From the NCBI GenBank assembly GCA_044222475.1, contig JBGANF010000079.1, positions 1-37,464 of the forward strand: a stretch of 37,464 bases of DNA, written 5' to 3'. Below the pieces are notes generated by a model. The model was given only the letters and a program-made list of their open reading frames with translations. It did no database searches and had not been told where the DNA came from. This document shows, in pieces, positions 17,304 through 24,872 of the stretch. The position numbers and the translations under genes are program-made. This DNA is from Polyangiaceae bacterium. GTDB taxonomy: Bacteria > Myxococcota_A > Polyangia > Polyangiales > Polyangiaceae. Position 1 is the stretch's first letter; each line of letters opens with the position of its first letter.

Positions 17304-18350
17304 ATGCGGAAGAAGCGGCTGGTGTTGCTCGTGTCCCTCCTCCTCGCTGCGACGGCCTGCGCCACCTCGCAGGCGGTCCTCTTCGACGGCGGAGCCACGT
17401 CGGACTCCGGACCCAGTGACTCGGGCGGCGGCGGAGACTCGGGCAAGGACGGTTCGACCGGCAGCGATGCCACGAGCGACGTCGGGTCGTCGGGAGACGG
17501 CGGGCTCGACGCGTTCATCGACGTCGCTCCCGACGTCGGCTGCACGACCGCCGATGCGGGCCTCACGTTCAGCGCGAACGGTACGGTCGCCACCGGGACG
17601 GTCCAGACGTGGACGGTGCCGAGCGGCGTCTGCAAGATCACGGTCGACGCCTATGGCGCGCAGGGCGGCGGCGCGACCGCCGGCAAGGGAGCCCGCATGA
17701 AGGGCGACTTCACCGTGATCGCCGGTCACCAGCTCTCGATCGTCGTCGGCCAGCGCGGATCGACGAACGCCTGCGGCGGCGCGCCGGCGAGCGGCGGCGG
17801 CGGTGGCGGCAGCTTCGTGTGGGATCCGCAGATCCTCGTCGACGGCGGAATCTTCCCGATGATCGCGGCGGGTGGCGGCGGCGGCAGCAACGACAACTGG
17901 AGCAACACGACGTGCCGCGCCGGATTGGACGCGGTCACCACCGTCAACGGCACCAACGGCAACGGCGTCTCGTCGGCGGCGGGCGGTCAGAACGGGCTCG
18001 GCGGGGCAGGCAATGCGCCGTCGGGCACCGGATCGGGCGGCGCCGGATGGTTCGGCAAGGGCGGCGACTCCACGTTCGGCGGCGGCTGCACGGGCGGCCT
18101 CGGACCGCCCCAGTTCACCGGCGGCGCCGGTAACACCGGCTTCGGCCCCGGCGGGCTCGGCGGGTTCGGCGGCGGCGGCGGCGCGGTGTGCGGCTGCGGC
18201 GGTGGCGGCGGATTCTCGGGTGGTGGCGCAGGCGAAGGCAGCGGCTGCCGCGCGGGCGGCGGCGGTGGCGGCTCCTACAACGGCGGCACGAACCAGACGA
18301 ACACGGCGGGCGCTCAGACCGGCGACGGAAAGGTGATCATCACCTGGTGA
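17304..18350 (+). CDS. Glycine-rich lipoprotein with ALK/LTK-like glycine-rich domain
   Basis: Lipobox ATAC; QTWTVP..ITVDAYGAQGG..GKGARM..IVVGQRG..GGGGGGSFV..IAAGGGGG..GGFGGGGG..GGGGGFSGG..GGGGGSY..GDGKVII. Confidence 0.75.
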   Translation: MRKKRLVLLVSLLLAATACATSQAVLFDGGATSDSGPSDSGGGGDSGKDGSTGSDATSDVGSSGDGGLDAFIDVAPDVGCTTADAGLTFSANGTVATGTVQTWTVPSGVCKITVDAYGAQGGGATAGKGARMKGDFTVIAGHQLSIVVGQRGSTNACGGAPASGGGGGGSFVWDPQILVDGGIFPMIAAGGGGGSNDNWSNTTCRAGLDAVTTVNGTNGNGVSSAAGGQNGLGGAGNAPSGTGSGGAGWFGKGGDSTFGGGCTGGLGPPQFTGGAGNTGFGPGGLGGFGGGGGAVCGCGGGGGFSGGGAGEGSGCRAGGGGGGSYNGGTNQTNTAGAQTGDGKVIITW

Positions 18351-18356
18351 TGCGGC

Positions 18357-19361
18357 TCACTTCGTGAGACGCGTGACGCCGGTCTGCGTACCCACGTAGA
18401 CGGCGTCGCCGACGGCGAGCGCGTACGGCCCGCTCAGGTTCGATCCGATGACCACCGGAGTGCCACCGGTCGTCGGAACCGACTCGACCGTACCGAGAGT
18501 CGGATTTGTATAATACAATCGATTCGAGTCGACCGCGATCCGACCGGGACGATCGAGGCCGGTCACGACGTACTTCACGGCTCCGCCGAGCTTCGGGAAC
18601 GAGACGATGGCGCCGTTCGGCGCGGGGAGGTCGACCGCGGCGAAGACCGTCGTCGAGTCGAGCGCGATGTCCACGATGGATCCGGTGAGCGGCGCATCGA
18701 GCCCCTCGAGCACGCCGCCGAGGACCGGCGCGCGGTAGACGATGCCGTTCGACGCGCCGACGAAGAGGTCCGATCCGGCGATGCGCAGCGCGTTTCCCGT
18801 CGCGAGCACGGCCGATGTGACGATGCGATCGACCGCCGACGTCGTGAGCGAGCGCCGCTCGACCCCGAGCGTCCCGGTGCCTTCGGTGAAGTACACGGCA
18901 GCCGAGTCCATCACGAGCCCGTACGCGCCGTTCACCGACGGCACGAGGGTGTCGATCGTCGTGGCCCCGAGGAGGAAGCCGTACACCGCGCCGTCGCCGG
19001 ACGACGAGGACGCGGTCGTGAAGCTCACCCGCGTGTCGCTCGCGGCGATCGCCCAAGGCTCGCTCACGTTCTCGACCAGCGTCTCCGCCGAGCCGCCGTT
19101 GATCGGGACGCGAACGAGCACGCCCGTCGATCCGCCCGATCCGACGCTCGCGATGTAGAGGTAGGCGCCAGCGATGGCGAGGCCGCGCGCGTTCGCGACG
19201 GTGGAGAACGTGCCCGGCGGAAGGGCGCCGTCCGCTCCGGCGTCGGATACGACCCCGCCGCCCGGCGGAGGCGGGACGACGCCGTCGATGTTCGCCGGGT
19301 GCGTCGGCGCCGCTTTGCACGCGAGCGCGAGCGACACGAGGAACAGGCCGAAACGACGCAT
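18357..19361 (-). CDS. Beta-propeller lipoprotein
   Basis: Lipobox LALAC; repeated blades (LVMDSAAVYFT, IALDSTTVF, IAVDSNRLYYT; VPINGG / FPKLGG / VPTTGG). Confidence 0.72.
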   Translation of the reverse strand: MRRFGLFLVSLALACKAAPTHPANIDGVVPPPPGGGVVSDAGADGALPPGTFSTVANARGLAIAGAYLYIASVGSGGSTGVLVRVPINGGSAETLVENVSEPWAIAASDTRVSFTTASSSSGDGAVYGFLLGATTIDTLVPSVNGAYGLVMDSAAVYFTEGTGTLGVERRSLTTSAVDRIVTSAVLATGNALRIAGSDLFVGASNGIVYRAPVLGGVLEGLDAPLTGSIVDIALDSTTVFAAVDLPAPNGAIVSFPKLGGAVKYVVTGLDRPGRIAVDSNRLYYTNPTLGTVESVPTTGGTPVVIGSNLSGPYALAVGDAVYVGTQTGVTRLTK

Positions 19362-19414
19362 GGGTGGAGCATACGGCGCGCTGGATGACCGGGCCAACTA
19401 GCGCCAAGACGTCG

Positions 19415-19487
19415 GCCGGCTAACAAGATTGCGTCGCCCTCCAAGACCGGCAGGGCCCCGGGCATCGTTCCCGGATTGTTAGCCGGC
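19415..19487. repeat. 12-bp perfect inverted repeat enclosing a small hairpin
   Basis: GCCGGCTAACAA (19415-19426) and TTGTTAGCCGGC (19476-19487), 49-nt spacer. Confidence 0.7.
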
Positions 19488-19571
19488 TACCACCTTCAGG
19501 GGAGGTGGCGCGGTGCCGGCACGGCGGTGGCCTCGCCAGGGGTCAGGGTGCCATTTCCTCGGGCCGCGCGT

Positions 19572-19586
19572 TGGTACGGAAGATGC
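19572..19586 (+). promoter_or_regulatory. Putative sigma-54 promoter of the MarR gene
   Basis: TGGTACG-GAAG-ATGC (GG-N10-GC), ending 12 nt before ATG 19599. Confidence 0.5.
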
Positions 19587-19598
19587 GACGGCCCCAGC

Positions 19599-20162
19599 AT
19601 GGACCGCATCTTGTTCTGCAACAAACGCGCTCACCTCTCGTACACGCGACACGCCAACCGCGTGCTCAGGCGGTGGAACCTCACCGCCGCTCGGATGGAC
19701 CTGTTCGTCTGCCATCGCACGGCGTTTCGCCTCTTCGGCATCGTCCATCAACGCGACCTCTGCGCTCGCCTCGGCGTCTCCCGCGCCACCATCACGATCA
19801 TGCTCCGTCGCATGGAAAAATGCGGGTTCATCGCGCGACGCCGCTCCGACCACGACCGGCGCCAGATCGTCGTCACGATCACGCCCGCAGGGTACGCCGC
19901 GTTCGGGAAAGCCAGTTACCTCGTCGACAAAGGCGTCTACCGCGAGATCGTCGACGCCACGCTCCTCTTCCAAGACTTCCAAGAGCCGGTCCATGCGAAG
20001 CGTGCGCGCTTTCTCGTCTACCTCGACAACCTGCGCACCAATCTCGGTGACCTCACCAACCCTGCGTATCCACTCGACGCCCCCAACATCCACCTCGGAG
20101 CCCAAGCAGACGCGATGCGCTCGCGAGTCGACGAGCTCCTGGCGAGGTACGTCCATCAGTGA
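19599..20162 (+). CDS. MarR family transcriptional regulator
   Basis: QRDLCARLGVSRATITIMLRRMEKCGFIAR...DRRQIVVTITPAG winged HTH. Confidence 0.85.
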   Translation: MDRILFCNKRAHLSYTRHANRVLRRWNLTAARMDLFVCHRTAFRLFGIVHQRDLCARLGVSRATITIMLRRMEKCGFIARRRSDHDRRQIVVTITPAGYAAFGKASYLVDKGVYREIVDATLLFQDFQEPVHAKRARFLVYLDNLRTNLGDLTNPAYPLDAPNIHLGAQADAMRSRVDELLARYVHQ

Positions 20163-20177
20163 TCTCGAACAGGCGAC

Positions 20178-21779
20178 CTAAGGGAGAACGACGACTGGCT
20201 CGCTCCGCTGGGTCTTCGTGCCGTCGCCGAGCTGGCCAGAGCCGTTGCTGCCCCAGCAGCGGACCTCACCCGAGGCGAGGAGCGCGCACGCGTGCGTCAG
20301 ACCGGTGCAGATCGCGGTCGCAGTGGAGATGCCCTTGACCGACACCGGTGCGCTCGAGGTCGCGGTCGCGCCGTTGCCGAGCTGTCCCGAAGTCCCCTTG
20401 CCCCAACACGAGACGGCGCCATCACGGCGGCGCGCACAGGAGAAGAACTCGCCCACCGCGACCTCGACGACGTCGGTGAGGGCCGCGATCACGTGGGGCG
20501 GGGTGGAAGCGCTCGACGGGAGTCCGGTCTCGCCCGACAGGTTGCTGCCCCAGCACTGCACCGCCCCCGTCTTGTCGATCGCGCATGCGTGCTCCGCGCC
20601 GGCTTCGATGGTCGACAGCGGCGCGATCGCCGACTGTCGCGGCGTTCGGGTCGTCCCGCTCGGCGTATCGAGGAGCACGTCGACCGCGTCTGCGCCCCAG
20701 CCGTACAACGTACCATCTTGGTACAACGCGAAGGTGAAGTGCGCACCCGCGCGGACGTCGAAGAGGTCTGCAGTCGGGAGCGGCTCGATCGCGACCGGCG
20801 CGAGCTGAAAGGGTCCACTCGGCGGTGCCACCATCTGCCCGTTGTCGGTGTCGCCCCAGCAGGAGACCTTGGAGGCGAAGGTACGGGCGCACGTATGGTA
20901 GTGCCCGACCGCCACCTGGACGATCCCCGACGGGATCGCCGTCACGGGTGTCGCCTCGAAGCCGCCCGCCTTCCCGGTTCCGACGTTGCCCCAATCGTTC
21001 GCGCCCCAGCAGCGGACCGAGCCGTCAGCGAGTCGGGCGCAGGTAGTGAGGCCGCGGCTCTCCGTGTCGATCTGGGATGCGTTGGTGATGCCCTTCACCT
21101 TGACGCGCGTCGCGCGCGCGGCGGCCGTGCCGTCGCCGAGCTGCCCTTCGTCGTTCGCTCCCCAGCAGCTCACCGCTCCGGACTCGATTAGGCAGCTGTG
21201 GGTCGCACCACACGCGAGCGTGCGCGCGGTGAACGTGCGGGGCGGCGGGAGCGAATCCTCGGCGCATCCGCTCCCGCACTTCGCCGGATCGAGCTCCGCG
21301 TCGACGCAGCTTCCCTTCACGCACGTCTGCGTCGCCGAGCATCGAACTCCGGCGCAGCTGAGCCGGAGGTCCACGCGGAGCCTCGACGTCGTGCGGGTCA
21401 GAAAACGCAAGCTTCGACGCGCCTCGATGCACGACGATCGGTCGGCGCCGGTGCACGCCGGGTCGAGCGGCGTGGCGCCCGCGTTGCCACGAATGGAGAA
21501 CGTCACCGGAGCCGACTTGTCCCCCGATGGGACGATGACGACCTCACCACGACGGACCATGCCGCCCTCAGCGGGAGAGCACTGCGTCGCGAACGACATC
21601 GGCGCGCCGTCGCCGTCGTTGAACAGAGCGACGTCCGCGCCGGGCGCGCACGGGACCTCGCTGAACACCTCGACGACGAGCGCCGTCGGCTCGGCGCAGT
21701 GGAGGAGGAGAGCTCCGAACGAAGGGAGAAGTCCCACCGTCGTCGCGACCGCGAGGACTCGGCGCGTACTTGGAGCCAT
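20178..21779 (-). CDS. RCC1-repeat secreted/lipoprotein
   Basis: Multiple GxxHxC...G.V.CWG.N..GQLG repeats after a Cys-rich N-terminal domain. Confidence 0.85.
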   Translation of the reverse strand: MAPSTRRVLAVATTVGLLPSFGALLLHCAEPTALVVEVFSEVPCAPGADVALFNDGDGAPMSFATQCSPAEGGMVRRGEVVIVPSGDKSAPVTFSIRGNAGATPLDPACTGADRSSCIEARRSLRFLTRTTSRLRVDLRLSCAGVRCSATQTCVKGSCVDAELDPAKCGSGCAEDSLPPPRTFTARTLACGATHSCLIESGAVSCWGANDEGQLGDGTAAARATRVKVKGITNASQIDTESRGLTTCARLADGSVRCWGANDWGNVGTGKAGGFEATPVTAIPSGIVQVAVGHYHTCARTFASKVSCWGDTDNGQMVAPPSGPFQLAPVAIEPLPTADLFDVRAGAHFTFALYQDGTLYGWGADAVDVLLDTPSGTTRTPRQSAIAPLSTIEAGAEHACAIDKTGAVQCWGSNLSGETGLPSSASTPPHVIAALTDVVEVAVGEFFSCARRRDGAVSCWGKGTSGQLGNGATATSSAPVSVKGISTATAICTGLTHACALLASGEVRCWGSNGSGQLGDGTKTQRSEPVVVLP

Positions 21780-21800
21780 CTAAACAGAATAGCGGAAATC

Positions 21801-23606
21801 TCAGCGCTTGCCGAGATCGACGAGCCGCAGGCTCCGCGCCAGGTGATGGTCTTCACCGAAGCCGCTCGCCTCGGTGGTCCAGAGCAGAACCTTCGCCGAT
21901 GCGAGCCCGGCGCGCGTGTCTTCGCGGCGCTTGGTGACCTCGGTCGAGCTCTCGGTCGAGTTGTCGGGGAGTGGTAGCACCGCGGCCCGCGCGAGGAGGG
22001 CGGCGTCGTGGCCGAGCGCGGTCCACCACGTCGGGCGCGCACCGAACTGCGTCTGGTACGCCGTGAGGCGCGGGTCCTTCGCCGTCGCGGCGGCATCGAC
22101 CGGCAACAGACCGGTGCCCACCGTGATCACGCGCGCGCCGCTCGTCGTCCCGTCGAAGCCGTGTTGCGCCTCGAGCGAGAGCGCGACGACGTTCGCGCCG
22201 CCTGCAGGCAACGAGTACGACAGCGCGCGTGCGCATGCTCCCGGTCCGCTCACGAGGAACGCGTGCACGCCGTTCTTCTGCCACGTGGCGGTGGGGAACG
22301 TCTCGCGCGAGATGGGTGGCTCGCAGCGGATCGGCGGCGGATTCTCCGGGAGGAACGGCGCGCTCATCGGTCCGGTGATCGCCGCGTACGTCGTGTCCTT
22401 CTTCGTCAGCAGCGCGGGACCGAGGAGGTCGATGCTCGACTTCGGCGACTCACCGAGGACCCACGCGAAGCGCTGCGGCGGATCCTTCACCGGCCCGAGG
22501 ATCAGCACGGGGATGCCGTTCTGCTCCGACCAGTCCCGGGCGTGATCGGCGGCGCCGGGCCCGATGCCCGCGATGATGAGCGACGCGCCGGAGCCCGCGA
22601 GCTCCTCGAGGCCGGCTTCGAGCGCGGAGCCCTCCATGTCGGTGCGCGTGATGAGCTTCGTCCCGTCGTCGTCCTCTTTGCGCAGCCTGGGAATGCCGAG
22701 CGCGAAGGCGACACCGCGCGCGACGTCGGCGGCGGCGTCGCGAAGCTCGGGCGAGCCGGTCGGCAGAAGGAGCCCGATCGCGCGACCGTTGACGGTGCGC
22801 GTACCGCGGAGGCTGGTCGCGAGCTCGCGGAGCTCGGTGCCTAGCGGCGTGCCGACGAGGAAGCGCGAAGCGTCGCTCTGGAGGAGGTACTGGGCGAGCT
22901 TGGTGTTTCCGGTGTCCTTCGCGCGGTTGCCGAGGACCTCGGCGACGATCTTCCGGAGCTCGGTCGAGTAGCCCGACCCGTCGCCCTGCATCGAGTGCGA
23001 GCCGCGCTCGAGCGCACCCGGATCCATCCGTCCGAGCGCGGCGATCACCTTCGCTTTGATCTCGTCGTGGCGCTCGTCGGAGGCGGTCCGAAGCCACGTG
23101 TCGAGATAGCCGAGGGCTTCGAGCTCGCGGTTGGACTCGACGGCGGCGAGCGCCAGCTCTTCGACGATGATGTCCCGCAGGGTCAGATCGACCACTTGCG
23201 CAGCCATGCCCCCGAGGATGCGGACCGTGTCCGCCGAGTTCCCCGCGCGTCGCTGGAGCCGGGCGAGCGTCGCGAGACGCCAATCGTTGGTGTTCCCGGG
23301 CGGCGGCAGACCGGCGGCGAACGTCTGCTTCCGCGCGCCTTCCAGATCACCGGCCTCGATCATGATATTTGCAAGATACAAGTGACCGAGGACGGCGAGC
23401 GGATCCGTCTCGTGCGCGACGAGGAACCGCTCGAGCGCGAGTCGAACCTCGGGGGAGCTCCGGTGATCGGCGAAGCCGTGCCGGATGGTGGCGAACTCGG
23501 CGGCTGCGCCGGTCGTCTCCGCGAGGGTCGGTACGGGCGGCGGTCCGCCGCTCGACGAGCCACAGGCGATCACGACGGCTAGCGTGGCGATGAACGCGCG
23601 GCGCAC
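21801..23606 (-). CDS. LpoA/LppC-like lipoprotein (TPR-like N-terminus plus periplasmic-binding fold)
   Basis: GTG start inferred; lipobox VVIAC; AIGLLLPTG..DVARG and ALGHDA resemble LppC motifs. Confidence 0.6.
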   Translation of the reverse strand: MRRAFIATLAVVIACGSSSGGPPPVPTLAETTGAAAEFATIRHGFADHRSSPEVRLALERFLVAHETDPLAVLGHLYLANIMIEAGDLEGARKQTFAAGLPPPGNTNDWRLATLARLQRRAGNSADTVRILGGMAAQVVDLTLRDIIVEELALAAVESNRELEALGYLDTWLRTASDERHDEIKAKVIAALGRMDPGALERGSHSMQGDGSGYSTELRKIVAEVLGNRAKDTGNTKLAQYLLQSDASRFLVGTPLGTELRELATSLRGTRTVNGRAIGLLLPTGSPELRDAAADVARGVAFALGIPRLRKEDDDGTKLITRTDMEGSALEAGLEELAGSGASLIIAGIGPGAADHARDWSEQNGIPVLILGPVKDPPQRFAWVLGESPKSSIDLLGPALLTKKDTTYAAITGPMSAPFLPENPPPIRCEPPISRETFPTATWQKNGVHAFLVSGPGACARALSYSLPAGGANVVALSLEAQHGFDGTTSGARVITVGTGLLPVDAAATAKDPRLTAYQTQFGARPTWWTALGHDAALLARAAVLPLPDNSTESSTEVTKRREDTRAGLASAKVLLWTTEASGFGEDHHLARSLRLVDLGKR

Positions 23607-23643
23607 CCCACGAACGTAGCACCATCCTGTACAGTGCCGGCCA

Positions 23644-24372
23644 GTGCGGCCGAACACTTCGTCCCCCGGCTCCCGCCGATTCCTCCTGCGCAAGCTCCAC
23701 TCGCTGTCCGGCGTGGTGCCGGTCGGTGCGTTCCTCGTCGAGCACCTCTGGACCAACGCGACGGCACTCCGCGGTCAGCGGGCCTTCGACGACGCGGTCG
23801 ACGCGCTTCAGGCTCTCCCCGGGTTGCCCGTCATCGAGCTCGTGACGATCGTGCTCCCCCTCGCCTTCCACGCAGGATACGGCGTCGTCCTCCTGCGAGA
23901 GTCGCAGCCGAACGTCGACCGGTATCCCCACGGCAAGAACTGGCTCTACGTCGCGCAACGGGCGACGGGGATCGTCACCCTCCTTTTCGTGCTCTGGCAC
24001 CTGTGGGAGATCCGCGTCCAGAAGTGGCTCTTCGGGATGGGCTCCCACTCGTTCTTCCCCGTGCTCACGGCCCACCTCTCGTCGACCTGGCACGGCGTGC
24101 CGGTCCTCGCATTGGTGTATCTTACAGGTATTGCGGCGGCGGTGTTTCACTTCGCCAACGGCTTGTGGGGGTTCGCCGCGTCGTGGGGCATCGTGACGTC
24201 GCGCGCGGCGATGAGGCGAGTGCGGATCGTCGGCGCGATCGTCGGGGTGACGCTGCTCCTCATGGGCGAGACGACGGTCCTCTACTTCGCGACCGGCAGC
24301 TCGCCGTTCTCGGACGCGGTCACTCCGTCGACCGCACCGTGCGGCAGCGTCGCCCCAGCGACGACGCGCTGA
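23644..24372 (+). CDS. sdhC: Succinate dehydrogenase cytochrome b558 subunit (Bacillus-type)
   Basis: FLLRKLHSLSGVVPVGAFLVEHL, AFHAGYG, QRATG..LWHL and FHFANGLW..WGI. Confidence 0.88.
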   Translation: MRPNTSSPGSRRFLLRKLHSLSGVVPVGAFLVEHLWTNATALRGQRAFDDAVDALQALPGLPVIELVTIVLPLAFHAGYGVVLLRESQPNVDRYPHGKNWLYVAQRATGIVTLLFVLWHLWEIRVQKWLFGMGSHSFFPVLTAHLSSTWHGVPVLALVYLTGIAAAVFHFANGLWGFAASWGIVTSRAAMRRVRIVGAIVGVTLLLMGETTVLYFATGSSPFSDAVTPSTAPCGSVAPATTR

Positions 24373-24376
24373 GGCG

Positions 24377-24811
24377 TCACTTCACGCCGACGACGCGCCA
24401 CAGCGCGCAGCCACCGAACCTGAGCTGCATCTGCGGACCGTCGACGTGGACGTGGCCACCCGGGATGGTGGACACTTGCGTCGAGTCGGCGAAGTACTGA
24501 CCCGTCGTCGCGAAGACCTCGTCGTCGGACTGACGGAACGACGGGGTGAGCGAACCTACGTTGCACTTGCCCGAGCTCGTCATCTGGACGACGACGTCGC
24601 GGTAGCCCGAGACGTCGATCGGGTTCGACGTGCCGTTCGCAGCGGAGACGCCGCTCGCGAGCTCGGTGAACTGCGGCGGAGCGGCGGGAGTGTTGCACTC
24701 GGCGTTCGCCGTCGGGTTCGACCCTTGGACCGCCGACTGGACGCAGTAGACCGAGAACGAGCCGCAGATCGCGGCAAGAACGAAGACGAGACGAGAAGGT
24801 TGGTTACGCAT
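24377..24811 (-). CDS. Small hypothetical secreted protein
   Basis: SD AGGAG; hydrophobic N-terminus; beta-rich body with several Cys. Confidence 0.65.
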   Translation of the reverse strand: MRNQPSRLVFVLAAICGSFSVYCVQSAVQGSNPTANAECNTPAAPPQFTELASGVSAANGTSNPIDVSGYRDVVVQMTSSGKCNVGSLTPSFRQSDDEVFATTGQYFADSTQVSTIPGGHVHVDGPQMQLRFGGCALWRVVGVK

Positions 24812-24854
24812 GATTTCTCCTGGTCCCTCTTTGACGGAGGAACCCGAGAAACGC

Positions 24855-24872
24855 CGGTTAACCTGCGGTTAA
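24855..24872 (-). promoter_or_regulatory. Heptamer direct repeat with 11-bp period (putative wHTH regulator site)
   Basis: Minus strand TTAACCG-cagg-TTAACCG, 44-61 nt upstream of ATG 24811. Confidence 0.55.
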
